A stretch of 64,000 nt of DNA from Octopus sinensis (Eukaryota): the NCBI RefSeq assembly GCF_006345805.1, contig NW_021833695.1, forward strand, positions 18,784 to 82,783, given 5' to 3'. The notes under the pieces are model-generated. The model did not search any database. It was not told where the DNA came from and saw only the letters and a list, made by a program, of their open reading frames with translations. Numbering within the stretch: position 1 is the first letter of the stretch; each line of letters begins with the position of its first letter. The position numbers and the translations under genes are program-made. Shown piece by piece: positions 26,314 to 40,130 of this stretch.

Positions 26314-26497
26314 GTTAATCCAAACAAGAAAACACAGAAAAAAAGAGAAAAAAAACACAGCAACGCAGGACGTGGAACAATTAAAGTATTATTGACGCTC
26401 AGGAAAGAAGGGAAGGAGGATTTAACGTTTCGAGCGGAGCTCTTCGTCGGAAACAAGGAGAAGGAAAGATCCCAAGAAGGGAAGACAGAGGAAAAAA
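26314..26497 (-). mobile_element. Second copy of the hammerhead-bearing short element (motif 26421-26453)
   Basis: Seen (minus): ttt CCGACGA A GAG ctccg CTC GAAA CGT T aaa; palindromic ACGT stem III. Confidence 0.72.
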
Positions 26498-26874
26498 TAT
26501 ATATATGAGCTGGTGGTGCTCAAGAGATCACATGTTGAAAGAACAGAAGTTGAGAGGTGAATATATATGCATATATATATATATATGCATTCACAAAACC
26601 AAAAAGAAAATGAAATTCGTATCACTAAAGCAAATAATGTCGTTAGATGGGAGGTACCGAGGGAATTACAAACTAGAAATAGCAGCTAAGTATCCTTAAA
26701 TCGCACTTTACAAATTGAAAAGGAAATGGAAGGATAAACTGGATAGTGTTGTCATTACAGAAGTAAAAGACAAGATGCGGTTGGAATACCTTCGTTCAGA
26801 GGTTTTAGCCAATTGAAATTATTGGAGCAACAACAACCACTACTACTACTACTACCGCTAATTATTATTTCAAA

Positions 26875-27074
26875 TTTTTGCCTTAAGGGCAGCTTTGGGG
26901 AGGTGGGGATGAGTTGATTATATGAACCACGGTGTTCAACTGGTACTTATTTTATCGACCCCGAAAGGATGAACGGCAAAGTCGGCCTTGCCGGAATTAG
27001 GAACTCAGAACATAGCGTCGGGCGAAATGCCGTTATTTCATCCAGCGTGCTTAACGATTCTGCCAACTCGCCGC
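26875..27074 (-). mobile_element. SINE family A
   Basis: Seen: tggtacttattttatcgaccccgaaaggatg...ttaacgattctgccaactcgccgcttt. Confidence 0.88.
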
Positions 27075-27076
27075 TT

Positions 27077-27131
<55 letters not shown>

Positions 27132-27156
27132 GCTGCTGCTGCCGCTGCTGCCACTG

Positions 27157-27189
<33 letters not shown>

Positions 27190-27324
27190 AAACTTATAAT
27201 AATAATAATAATAATAAGAAGAAGAAGAAGAAGAAGAACAACAACAACACAACAACAACAACAACAACAACAACAATTTCTCAAAGTGCCGGAGAGGTCA
27301 GAAGTTTATGTAGCATTTTCCAAA

Positions 27325-27464
27325 GCTCTTAATGCTGGAAATGTAAGAATTTCATATGCCATTTTCCAGAGTGACTCTCTATCACCATTCCTCTGTTGTC
27401 TAGCCTTAATACACCTGTTTCGAAATTGCTCCATGATGTGCAGTACAGCTATAAAATGTTTGAT

Positions 27465-27468
<4 letters not shown>
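27325..27468 (+). pseudogene. Dong/R4-like LINE reverse transcriptase fragment (copy 1)
   Basis: Seen: LNAGNVRISYAIFQSDSLSPFLCCLAL; nucleotide-homologous to 28998-29140; runs into (AAT)n. Confidence 0.8.
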
Positions 27469-27862
<394 letters not shown>

Positions 27863-27869
27863 TGAATAA

Positions 27870-29408
27870 CAACATGGATGTACTACACCAGATTATCCAT
27901 TCAAAAACAAATCTAATCTAAAAACATCGGTTGAATGGGACAAAGGAACCTGTGAAAGATTTGAAGGAAGAGACCTGTTAACGAAAATAAGCACAAAAAC
28001 GAAATTTTACTGCAATACAAAGCACAATTTCTCCTTTGAACGATGTCTCAGTGAAACATGTGCGAAAGATCCATGCGAAATCAACATCGGAAAGTTTACA
28101 AATTACAAAATATAAGTGGAACAAAACAGTAAGTACATTAATTGATTACACTCGAATGTCTACACAATCATATATACATTTTAATACTCAGGGAACGAAG
28201 TTGCAGCTAAATAACATACTACAGAGGAAATAATTATAGACCAGCACAGGTTTGATGAAAATGCAGTAATGATAGCAAAAGTTAACATAACTGATAAGCA
28301 AAGTGAAATACTCCCTGAACTAACCATATACACCAAGGCAAATGAAAATCAAATAGATGAAGAAAGTCAGACAGAAATTGGCACAACTGAACTAGATGAT
28401 CTAAAATATCAAATCGTGATTTAATGGCTGAAAATTAAAGAAACTAGTATGAATGAACGTGACACTCTCCTAAAAAAATCGCAACTCCAAACAAAACCTG
28501 AAAGTAATTGGTAAAATCCGCCTCGCCCTTACGGATATAATTTCAGCTAATGGTGTTGATATTACAGATCTCAACCACCTGTACTATGCATCAGCGAAAA
28601 TCTCAATGATTCTTTGAGGTGAAAAGATTAGAAGACGACAACATTCCCACAAAATGCCTACTTTACGACGATTTTTGCAACAACCAAGTATGATTCCCTC
28701 TTGGTTAGTTAATGGTGTTACATTCTTACTTCAAAAAAAATGAAGAAACAATTAAACCAAAAAATTATAGACCCATAACCTGCTTAACAACAATATATAA
28801 AAGACTAATATCTGTCTTGACTGAATATATTTATAGTTTTTAATAGAAAGTAGTATATTTCCTAATGAGCAAATTCTACCACATAGCTGGATTAAGAAAT
28901 GTCTGGAAATATATAAAATTGCACCTACTCTGCGAAACTTCCTGTCTGTAAGTATGAAGTCATTGGGAGCCACATTGACTTTGGACAGTGACAATGAATC
29001 TCTCGATGCTGGAGACGTAAGAATTTCATGTGGCATTTTCCAGGGTGCCTATCTATTACCACTCCTCTTTTGTCTAGCCTTAATAACTGCCTCGAAATTG
29101 CTCGATGATGTACAATACGGCTATACAATGTTTGATAAAAATATAAATCATCTCATTTACATGGATGATTTAAAGCTATTTGCAAAAAGTGACCAACAAC
29201 AACAGGGTTTACTAGCGGTTGTTAAACAATTCAGTGATGACATCAGGATGCAATTTGGCCTTGATAAATGTGCAAAAGCTACCTTTATCAAAGGAAAAAT
29301 GACAGGAACAATCAGCATTAGTCTTGACCAGCACAATGTCATAAAGGAGTTAGTTAGAACCAGCGGAGAGCAACAATTACAAGGGATATTTGAAGGTGAT
29401 AGAATCAT
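27870..29408 (+). pseudogene. Dong/R4-clade LINE reverse transcriptase relic
   Basis: Seen: PSWLVNGVTFLL, KNYRPITCLTTIYK, LPHSWIKKCLEIYKI, GIFQGAYLLPLLFCLAL, NHLIYMDDLKLFAK, FSDDIRMQFGLDKCAK. An internal deletion lies near 28873 and the 5' boundary is uncertain. The clade call rests on the YMDDLKL and FGLDKCA motifs. Confidence 0.88.
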
Positions 29409-29901
29409 GTGATGTCATGACTTACTTATGTCTGTATAGAATCTAAAACGCAGAGTTGCGTAACTTTAGCTTCCTTCTCTCTGTCCAAATCTTTGCTATG
29501 ATCTACATGCGTCATGGCGTCAAGTCGACGGAAGGTCAACTCGCATATGAAGGACAAACACAATTTCTATACATCATCGTGCTTTCATCAGCATTCAAAA
29601 ATACTTGCTAAAAAACTACCGTTGTAAATGTTAGACCCATTCTTGTCCTCGCCTGCTCAATTTATCCGAGTCAATCTGCATACAAATGGTAATGTAATGT
29701 AATGGATATCTCTGGAGTCTGAAAAAGATGCTTCTTTGATTTCTAGGTGAACAACATGCACAGATATTTTGTTTATAGCGATCAAATGAATGTATTGTAT
29801 ATTAGCTCACCCACATTACATGTGTACTGTGTGCCGCAGTCGTGGTCAATAGTTAGGAAAAAAGGTCTGCGAAATTGAATTTTTATATTTAGTTTGTAAT
29901 A

Positions 29902-30449
29902 TTGGGTTGTCCGGAAAGTTCGTGCCGATTTATAGTAGCTTACCTTTCGACTTATTTTAGAAATTGGTTGAGTTCATAAAAAAAGGATTTGACTACACCT
30001 CCATTTAGAGCACAGTTTAAGCTATCTTTTCACGGAAGAAGGTTTATGTTTCTATAACCTGTGTTAATTCTGAAAGCATTTAAAATGGAAGATAAGAAAG
30101 TTCATTTCCGGCACTTCATGCTTTGGGAACCAGACAAAAATTGCTGCAGCTCGGCTGGGATGTGTTACCCCACCCTCCATATTCACCAGATATTGCTCCT
30201 TCGGATTTTTACTTATTCAGGTCTCTGCAGAATAGTCTTCTTTGGATGACGTAAAAAGATACCTCGATGAATTCTTTGCCATGAAACCCCCTCACTTCTG
30301 TGAAGAGGGTATTTTCAAGTTAAAGTAAAGATGGAGACGCATTGTGCAACAAAATGGTTCATATTTGGTTGATTAAAAATGTAATGGCAAGTATTTATTG
30401 ACCTTTTTCTTTCCTTTAAAAGTCGGTACGAACTGTCCGGATAACCCAG
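29902..30449 (+). mobile_element. Internally deleted mariner (548 bp)
   Basis: Seen: TIRs ttgggttgtccggaaagttcgtgccgatt vs reverse complement ctgggttatccggacagttcgtaccgact (24/29). MEDKKVHFRHFMLWE is joined directly to TRQKLLQLGWDVLPHPPYSPDIAPSDF. Confidence 0.92.
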
Positions 30450-30619
30450 TGTATTATTACATGGCCAAAAGTTTGGAACATAGCTCTGAAAATCAGAATT
30501 TTTATTATAGTACATGTCCAAATATATACGTTGTATATACTAGAATCGAATTGTACTCAGGTATAACAATTTTAATTTAAAAAGAAATGTTCAAAAATTT
30601 TGGCCACGACTGTGAGAGG

Positions 30620-30757
30620 TGGAACTGATTGCAGAGCAACGTGAGAGGAAGTGTTTTGATCAAGAACACAACACACCGCTCGGTGTGGGGAATGAAACCC
30701 ACGATCTAGCGATCATGAGTGTAACAACTTAAATCACTAAGGTCATGCGCCCTCGAC
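30620..30757 (-). mobile_element. SINE head plus CORE-like fragment
   Basis: Seen: gagcaacgtgagaggaagtgttttgatcaagaacacaac...tcactaaggtcatgcgccctc. Confidence 0.7.
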
Positions 30758-31079
30758 ATACTAAGGTAGATACAATCTAATTTACTGCTGGTTTTAAATC
30801 CGGTGGCTACCCTCATCTGGTTTACTGCACCTGTCAGAGTGGATTCACTTGGGTGTAGTACTTGCTCATTTTACAGCTTCTTAGTGCTACAAGTGAGAAC
30901 CTGGTGGAATATGGATCCCAAGGATAAAGGACATTCTTAGGAGGATAATGACATCTGTTTCAATCATAGGTGCTATTTCACATTGATCATTTTTACACGC
31001 TGTTTTTAATGAAATATGGTGTTGTTTTCTCCTTATGCAGAGTCTGGCCACCTCTTGTACGTAGTTCTATCATGGCGTC

Positions 31080-31480
31080 TGAGGTGGCTTTTTAAGCCAG
31101 ATAATGTTTTGAAAAGACACCCACATAAACAGTTGTTTTATAACGAACTTGCAGAAATGAAACACGATCAGTATAAACCTAAAAAGAAGTTTAAGGACTG
31201 TATAAGGACTAACATGAAGTCACTTGGAAAAGATCCAAAGGCCATAGAAATCCTTGCTTCGGATCAAGCTGGATGGTGAACAAAAGTGTGAAGTGGAGTA
31301 AAGGCTTTTGAAGAAACTAGGATGACCCATGTGAACTCAAAAGAAATTTAAAGAAAAACGTTTAAAAAAATAGTAGTGTTAATACAACCCTATATTATGA
31401 AATATTTAAACCTGTTTCAAACGCTAAACACAGCGAGGCATATTGCATAAAGTGTGCGCCAGCAAGTCCAGATAAATGGT
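31080..31480 (+). pseudogene. RTE-clade LINE ORF C-terminal fragment
   Basis: Seen: RLRW...RHPHKQLFYNELAEMKHDQYKPKKKFKDCIRTNMKSLG...LASDQAGW. Known: RLRW..H..RM...R.PKQL.YGEL..G.R......KRFKD is the RTE post-RT motif. Confidence 0.8.
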
Positions 31481-32129
31481 TTGAGTCGCCAAGTTGAATA
31501 TCGCAACAGAAATTCAGTACACAATGGAACCGGGTTGCATCCAACAGAATTTGAACTGAGAATCAGAAATAAATAAAGTTCCATCTAAATATTTCAGGTA
31601 GCAAGAAATTTTGTCCGATATTTTAATGATACCACCACTAATAAATAACTCAAAATTTAATTGAATCTGACAAAATAGCCGTGTGTCGTTTTTATTCGTG
31701 TCTCTCCGCAGCTTGGTTATTTTTTCTCTAATCATAAATGGAAATAAATGGAGTCAAAACATGAATTGAGACGTTCAAATCTCAACAAAATAAATATATA
31801 TATAAATAAATAAATTAGTGAGAAAAGTTTTGAAATTTTTGCAACTATAAGGAAATTTTATCTAATATAAAAAAAAAAAATGGCGAACAGGAACAAGTCA
31901 AAAAAAAAAATAACGTGATATAAATTCGTTCTTGAATGGTCGACTTACACTTGTAAAATAAACGAATAAACGGGTAAAGGAATAATTATATAAATATATA
32001 AACATAAATATATACAGACATAAAGACTGAGGGAAAGAGAGAGAGAGGGAGAGAGGGAAATAGAGTGGGTGAAAGGTAGCCATTGTAGCTGTACCAGATT
32101 TATATTACACTAGAAATTCAATCATGACC

Positions 32130-32137
32130 AATAAATT

Positions 32138-32174
<37 letters not shown>

Positions 32175-32668
32175 CTTCTCTTTCCTTTATTTTATTTTCC
32201 AGACAGTCGACCGATTTGCTTCAGTGCACACAGTTGGACGGCGGCGCACGAACATTGGAAATCCATCATCATAAACCCACTTGCAATAACAATAACGTTA
32301 TGTAAACTTTATTTTTTTTCTCTCTCCCATTTAAACAAATTTTAACAAGGTTTTAAAGGGGTGACGGCAAATATTTGCGTTCTTGCTCTAAAGCTTACAA
32401 AAAGTTACACGCAACCTTCAACCTTGTCTGTCACTCTCTCTCTCCGCCTATGACCAAACAACATCCTCCTCGTCTGGTCTCTCTCTCTCTCTCCCCTCTC
32501 TCTTTCTCTATCTCTTCCTCTCTCGATCCCTCCCTTTTTCTCTCTCTCTCTCTCTCACCTCTTCCTTTACGCCTTTTCATATCTCTTTCTCTCTACCCCC
32601 TTCTTTGAACGTCACACTTTCTCCCTTACATTCTCCTTTTCTCCCACTTTCAACTCTAATTCTCCTTA

Positions 32669-32705
<37 letters not shown>

Positions 32706-32920
32706 TGCATCTCTTTGTCACTCCCATTTTCTTTCTTTCTCACTTTCTTTCGACCTCTCTTTGTCATCATTCCCACTCGCTTTCTCTTCTCTTTGACCCA
32801 TTCTCTCCCGTCCTCACTCACTCACTCTCTCTCCTCCTCCCACTCCCCTATATCCCTCGCCCTCCCTCTCACTTTTCTCTCTTTCTTTCTTTCTTTCTTT
32901 CTTTCTTTCATTCTTTTTTC
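32130..32920. repeat. (CT)n-rich pyrimidine low-complexity region
   Basis: Seen directly. Confidence 0.85.
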
Positions 32921-33341
32921 TCTGAATGCTGGCTGATGGCTGATTCGGTAAAGCGTCTAGTACAATTCAGTTACGTCTCTTTAGCATTCTGAGTTCAAAC
33001 CTTGCTGACCTTCAGTTTGTTTAGGAGCAGAAAAATTAAATACCAGTTAAATAATGGATGTCTATACAATCTTTTCTTCTCTCAAATTCTATAGCCTTGA
33101 GTTGTGTTAGAAATCAATGCCTATATTTCTTTTCCATTCCCCCCCCCCCCCTTCTCTTTTAATTCTCCTCTCCCTTCCTCTCCTTCTCTCCCTTTCTCTC
33201 TTTTTCTTGTTAGTTCTAGGTACGTCCCTTTTCTCTGTGACTCTACTGGTTCACTTCTCTCTCTGATCGCTTTCTCATACTTCTCTCTTTGCAAATATAA
33301 AAACATATATAAATAGATAGATAGGTAGATAGATGATAGAT

Positions 33342-33372
<31 letters not shown>

Positions 33373-34089
33373 TAGATGGATGGATGGATGGATGGATAGA
33401 TGGAGGGAGGGAGAGAGGGAGGAAGGGATAAATAGATAAGCGTATAATATACATACATATATATATATTATTATATATGCTATATATTATATAATATCCC
33501 TTATATATGTGTGTGTTATTATATATATATATATGCCCTATATAGGTACTTACGTATATATATATATATCGTTTTATATACATACATATATATACATGAG
33601 TGTGTGTGAGTGTGTGAGTGTGTGTGAGTGTGTGAGTGTGTGAGTGTGTGAGTGTGTGTGTGTGGTGTGTGTGTGTGTGTGTATCCCCCCACACACATAC
33701 ACACTCTACTCCTCAGCAAGCACTCAGTGCTACCTATCTCTTTTACTCTTCTCACATATATATACGCACACATATACATGCATCTCTCACCTTCCCTTCT
33801 CACTCTCTCTCTCTCACTTCCCTCCTCTCTCTCTCTCTGTTTCTCATCATCTCATTTCTCTTCCTCCCCTCCTCCCACACACAAACACCTATTTCGGGTC
33901 CTCCACCTCCCACGCTGTACCTGTTCCGATTCAGAACATTATTTGAAGTCTGCCGTTTATTTATTTTTTCCTTCCTCCTTCCCTCCCTCCCATGCCCATC
34001 CCTTATGACTTGTTTGCTATTCTTCTTATATCTATGACGTCGTCGTCATCGTCGTCGTTTTCGTAGATGCTTTAGTCTCATGTATATAA

Positions 34090-34113
34090 TTGTTTTTGCT
34101 GTCGTTCATACGT

Positions 34114-34154
<41 letters not shown>

Positions 34155-34187
34155 GTGTGTGTTGTGTGTGTGTATGTATGTATATGC

Positions 34188-34218
<31 letters not shown>

Positions 34219-34588
34219 TATGCATATATATATGTATATTTATATATATACATATATATATATGCATATATATATATGTGCCTATATGTATATATATGTA
34301 TATATATATATTTATATATATATATATATAAATATATATATACGTGTATGTTTGTGTGTTTGTGTGTACCTCATTTGTTTTGCTTAGTTTATTCTGTTTG
34401 CTTCCTTTTTGTTTTTCTTTTAATCAATATTTTTCTACTTCAAATACAATAAAAACAAAATTTATTCTATTGATTAATCAACAACAACAACAACAACACT
34501 ACTCATAAAATAAAAGCAGCAACATAAAAAAAAACAAAAACAAACAATACGATACAACACTGTAAAACATACAACTCAACAGTCCCTT

Positions 34589-34620
<32 letters not shown>

Positions 34621-34801
34621 GTCTCTTTCTCTTCCTCCTAGAATTCTCTCAATATCTGTCTTTCATTTCATTCTGTCCCCCCCTCCCTCATACACACACA
34701 CACACACACTTTACTACTTTCATTTTCATTTATCATTATTATTGTCATTATTACTATCGTTATTATCATTATTATTATTATTATCATTATTATTATATTA
34801 T

Positions 34802-34852
<51 letters not shown>

Positions 34853-35390
34853 CAGCAGCAGTAGTAGTAATATTGTCATTATTATTAAGCATAACTATTA
34901 TTATTGTTATCATTATTATTATTATTATTATTATCATCATCATTATTATTATTATTAGTAATATTATCATTATTTTTAAGCATTACTATTATTATTGTTA
35001 TCATCATCATCATCATCATTATTATTATTATTATTATTATTATAATTATTATTACTACTACTATTATTATTATTATTATTATTATTAGTAGTAGTAGTAG
35101 TAGTAGTAGTAGTTGTAGTAGTAGTAATAGTAGTAGTAGTAGTAGTAATATTGTCGTTATAAAGTATTACTATATTATTGCTATCATTATTATTATAATT
35201 ATTATTATTATTATTATTATTATCATTATTATTATTATTATTATTATTATTTTATATATTATATTATTATTATTATTACAATAATTATTACCATTATCAT
35301 CAGTAGCAGTACTATTACTAGCAGCAGCAGCAGTAGTAGTAGTAGTAGGTATAGTGGTAGTAGTAGTATAGTTGTTGTTATTGTAAATAA
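34090..35390. repeat. (TA)n, (ATT)n and (AGT)n microsatellite cluster
   Basis: Seen directly. Confidence 0.92.
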
Positions 35391-36087
35391 TTGATCAAAA
35401 TGTTATTTTATGTTTTGTTTCTTGTTCTTTTTTCGTGTTTTGATTTTTGTCCTTTTCTTTTTTATATCTATTTAAAATATCTTTGTTGTATATATTTTTG
35501 TTAGCAACAAATAACAGTTTGTTTGAGAATTCTTGTTAATTCTTCTGGATATTTTTTTTTTGTTCTTGTACATATAATTTGTTTCGTTTTGTTTTATTTT
35601 TATTTTTCTTCTTTCTGTAAATCCCCTCCCACATCCCCCTTCTCTCTCTCTCTCTCTCTCTCTTTCTTTCTATCTCTACTTCTATCTCTGTTTGTCGTTG
35701 TTGTGGTTCTTATTATTTCTACGCCATTTGTCATAATTTGCGACTTCACAAGAAATTCTGAATAAATGGTAATATTTCAGTGATTAGTTGCAATAAACTG
35801 AAGTACAGATGACCGACAGAATGAATACGGTAATACCGTGCCGTGCCGTTATTATCACACAATCAACCAACCCAGTCTTCGAGATATTGACGTAAAATAA
35901 TCTTATTACTAGGCCTCTGTGTGTGTTATGTGTCAGCCGCCATTTTTACCTCACTCTTAGTCTCTTGTTGCCTTCGTCATCGTGTGACACAATTGCTGTG
36001 TTGCTGCCGTTATTTAGATCTTACTCATCTCTGATTATACAGACCTATGGTTAAAAGGAATGCAGCTGAATCTGTTATTAAATAGAG

Positions 36088-36823
36088 CAGTGATTCTCAA
36101 AATTTCTTTCTTTTATCTATGAACCCCTTTGATTACTGTTTCACAGTGATGGACCCAACATGCATATTTAATGTTTTATAAAAACTTCTTTCAAAATCCC
36201 TATTTTGTGTATCACATACATGCTCCTTCTTTTACTTGTTTCAGTCATTTGACTGCAGCTATGCTGGAGCACCGCCTTTAGTCGGATAAGTCGACCCCAG
36301 GTCTTATTCTTTGTAAGCCTAGTAGTCATTTTATAAGGCCCTATTTTGCCGAACTGCTAAGTTACGGGGACGTAAACACACCAACATCGGTTATCAAGCG
36401 ATGGAGGAAGGGGACAAACACATGCACACAAACTTAAACACCCACACCAAACACACACACACACACACACACACATATACGACGAGCGTCTTTCAGTTTC
36501 CGTCTACCAAATCCACTCACAAGGCTTTGGTCAGCCCGTGACTATACTAGAAGACACATGCCCAAGGTGCCACGCATTAGGACTGAACCCGGAACCATAT
36601 GGTTGGTAAGCAAGCTACTTACCACACAGCCACTCCTGCACCTAGGTAAAGAAACCTATTTGTATCTTGCAATACATACCAATATATACATTTAAAGCAA
36701 TTTTCTTTCCGGAGCCCTTAAAATACTATCGTGCATCCCTAGTTTACTATTTTGTTGCATAGACCCACAAAATTCTTATATGGATGCATAGGGGCCATAT
36801 GGACCCCGGTTGAGAACTATTTG
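36088..36823. mobile_element. hAT (Charlie-like) element interrupted by a SINE B
   Basis: Seen: cagtgattctcaa ... ggttgagaactatttg; same family as 22083-22456, opposite orientation. A further fragment lies at 36895-37030. Confidence 0.75.
36228..36643 (-). mobile_element. SINE family B nested in hAT element
   Basis: Seen: complete reverse-complement copy with internal (CA)n. Confidence 0.92.
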
Positions 36824-37048
36824 CTAAAGGATTAAAGAATTGCAACATCATCATCATCATCATCATCATCACATCATCATCATTTTCCTATCTATGGATT
36901 CCTTTGATTCCTATTTTACTCTGATAGACCCAACATAGCCATTCAATGTTTAGAAAAAAATAGTTTTATTGGTACTTCTTTCAAAATTCCTATTTCGTTC
37001 TTCAAACATTAACTTATGTGAATGGGTATTACAGAATATATATATATA

Positions 37049-37296
37049 AAGGCGGCGAGCTGGCAGAACCGTTAGGACGCCGGGCGAAATGCGTAGCCGT
37101 ATTTCGTGTGCCGTTACGTTCTCAGTTCAAATTCCGCCGAGGTCGACTTTGCCTTTCATCCTTTCGGGGTCGATAAATTAAGTACCAGTTAAGCACTGGG
37201 GTCGATGTAATCGTAATCCTTTAATCCGTGTTTCCACCATTTATCTGTCCTTGTTTGTCAACCGTCATGTTTAGCCACTTGTGGGTAATAAAGAAA
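37049..37296 (+). mobile_element. SINE family A, full length
   Basis: Seen: aaggcggcgagctggcagaaccgttag...gtaataaagaaac. Confidence 0.92.
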
Positions 37297-37398
37297 CATA
37301 TATATATATATATATATATGCGTGTGCGTGATTATCTGTATGCGAGCGTCTATATATAAATATATGCATGTGTATGGCGTAGTGTGTGCCTGCGTGGT

Positions 37399-37434
<36 letters not shown>

Positions 37435-38389
37435 CGTGCGTATGTGTGTATGTGAAATGACTCTTGATGAGAACTTCCGACTATGAGTTCCCAAATGTTC
37501 CGTCTACTATGCTACCAGGTTCATTGCACTCCATCGAAACCTGTATACATAAACGATGAAGAAAAATGTTCAATACAATGTACAACCAACTAGAACTAGC
37601 GAAGGTGGTGTCCTAGAATGGCCGTAGTCCAGTGAATGAAACTGCTGGAAAGGCAAGGAAAGAGCAATAACAAGACGACCAAACCTTTGAGAGGGAGACT
37701 GAAATGACAGAAACCGGTACCAGCTTGTTAGGGAGATATTATCTGTAATTAGAGTGCCTAGAATTGTCTCGCGCTAACTCACGGAGATTGTGAGTGAAAT
37801 CTGGCATACTGCCGAGACACAGGTTTTAAGATTTCAGGCCCAGTGTTTAAGGATTGCTGTAGGCTTAATTTTTTCAGGTTCAGATTCCAAGGTACGAAGC
37901 ACAATTTAGGGTTGAGGTACAACCTTCAAGGTTTGAAACAGAGTGCTCAAAAACTGATGCACATTCCCTAAGAGTTGAGTCACAACTTCAAGGGTTTCGG
38001 TACACACTTCAAGGGTTTCGGTATAGTCTTTAAGGATAAACGTGATTATATGAGCTTTATTTCTTTGGAAAATAAGAAGAGAAGAGGAAGAGATACAAAA
38101 TCGACCGAGCATAAGGGACGAAACCGTGATGGCAGGTCGATATACCACGGTGCATTTATGTTGTGTATATGGATTTTATCAACGGAAAAAACAAATCGGA
38201 AAGAACAAAAACAGGCACAGCTGTGTCGTTAAGAAGCTCGATGGCACAACCCCGCCCTCAAAAAAAAAAAAAAAAGACAGAGATAAGCGAGGGGGCAACA
38301 AACAAGATGTATCAGTTTTGATGGTCAAGAAGAATGAAGAAGTCCCTGAGGTTTTGAGGTTACGTTCTTGAACAGAAGCGCTGTCTCTT

Positions 38390-38550
38390 TTTCTCCGCTT
38401 ATTTCCTCTCTCCATCTGTTTTCTTTCTTCATTCCTATCTGTTAAAGAGCGCAGGCTCAAAACATCAACGACGTCTCCGTTCTTCCTGAGAATCAAACTA
38501 ATACACATTATTTGTTGTTCCCTCATCTGTCTCTGTCACTTTTCTTGAAA
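38390..38550 (+). mobile_element. PLE-derived short element with dead hammerhead (38439-38468)
   Basis: Seen: ctgttaaagagcgcaggctcaaaacatc and downstream aaactaatac, shared with 6137-6300. Confidence 0.5.
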
Positions 38551-38751
38551 CATGTATATATATTTGTATGTATGTATGTATGTATGTATGTATGTATGTA
38601 TGTATATATGTATGTATGTATGTATGTATATATGTATGTATGTATGTATGTATATGTGTATGCATGTATATGTATGTGTGTATTATATATTTATGTATTT
38701 ATTATGTATGTATGTATGTATAAATGTATGTATGTATGCATGTATGTATGT

Positions 38752-38990
38752 GTGAAGGCGCGTGGCTCAGTGGTTAGGGCTTCGTGAGGTTGTGAGTTCT
38801 ATTCCCGGACCGGGCTGCGTGTTGTGTTCTTGAGCAAGACACTTTATTTCACGTTGCTCCAGTTCACTCAGCTGTAGAAATGAGTTGTGACGTCACTGGT
38901 GCCAAGCTGTATCGGCCTTTGCCTTTCCCTTGGGTAGCATCGGTGCCGCGGAGAGGGAAGGCTGGTATGCATGGGTGACTGCACCGGTGA
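38752..38990 (+). mobile_element. tRNA-derived SINE family D (CORE-like)
   Basis: Seen: gtgaaggcgcgtggctcagtggttagg, gagttctattcc, ttcttgagcaagacactttatttcacgttgctccag. Confidence 0.85.
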
Positions 38991-39063
38991 GGCAACTTTC
39001 CGACCACATTTCTGCCCCGGAAGGCATTCGTGACCGACGGAATCGAGCGTCGAGAGTCAAAAG

Positions 39064-39094
<31 letters not shown>

Positions 39095-39159
39095 TGTATG
39101 TATGTATGTATGTATGTATGTATGTATGTATGTATGTATGTATGCATGTATGTATGTAT

Positions 39160-39397
39160 AGGTGCAGATTTTTATGTTTTATTTTATGTATATATTGTCA
39201 TGCATATAGTTGCATATCTAGACATGCTCATATACATTTAAATGATAAACTTCTGGAAAGTTTTACAGATTTTTACAGTTCCAGTGATGGATTGGATCTG
39301 TAGTCTCCGAATTAGTTTTCTCCTTTCTAGTTTCAAGAAGTCTAATTTCTCAAGATTGGTATTTAGGTAGTGTGTTACATATCCCAGTGTCCTAATA
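39160..39397 (-). pseudogene. Dong/R4-like LINE 3' end (endonuclease C-terminus and 3' UTR) ending in (CATA)n
   Basis: Seen: IRTLGYVTHYLNTNLEKLDF...LQIQSITGTVKICKTFQKFII* (stop 39238-39240). Resembles the GALG...LQ...GT..I..K C-terminus of REL-type LINEs (inference). Confidence 0.6.
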
Positions 39398-39519
39398 TGT
39401 ATGTATGTATCCATGTATGTATGTATGCATGCATGCATGTATGTATGTATATATGTGCATGTGTATGTATGTATGTATGTATGATTGTAATATATGTGTG
39501 CATGCGTATGTGCGTCTTT

Positions 39520-39735
39520 ATATCTGAGCTTATCCGCCCACAGTTTGACAAGCGATATTGGTTTGTTCATGTATCCGTTTCCTACCATTTCGGCAAAAGA
39601 AACCGATAGAATAAATAACTGACTTAATAAATAGGTATTGGAGAAGGAGGATATTTGTTCGACTTAAACCCTTCAATCTTGTGCCACAGAATGGCCGCAG
39701 TCGAATGACTGATACAGCGTAACAGATTAGAAGCT
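39520..39735 (+). mobile_element. SINE family B 3' half, old
   Basis: Seen: ttcggcaaaagaaaccgatagaataa...atggccgcagtcgaatgactga. Confidence 0.75.
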
Positions 39736-40039
39736 CAATTTTCAATATTTTTACGTTCATTTATATACATTGTTATAAATTACATTTCTGCCTTGATATA
39801 TGCATATTTATATCCAGAACGGGTAAAATACATTGTAATCCTTGGCCCCTTTCACTTGGTGCCTTACGCATGTGATGATATTATTGTTTAATGGCTAATC
39901 CGGGACTGCGTCGTCTTCGAAATTCAGGCTTTCTGACGTACTTCGATTGTTAAAGCTCGCTGAGAGCTTTACCTCTTATAACAAGCATTATTCTACGCTG
40001 CGCTGGCCACTGGAAACATGAATAATACAAACTTATAAA

Positions 40040-40067
40040 ACTCATACATGTAATTATATTTATATAC

Positions 40068-40130
<63 letters not shown>

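Noticed and set aside
38990-39065. HDV-like ribozyme at a putative LINE 5' end
   Set aside because: I could not build the P1/P1.1/P2/P3 nested pseudoknot by eye; it would need a descriptor search.
39973-40009. 37-nt minus-strand exon candidate (WPAQRRIMLVIR)
   Set aside because: Good AG/GT context, but such short matches are expected by chance and there is no other support.
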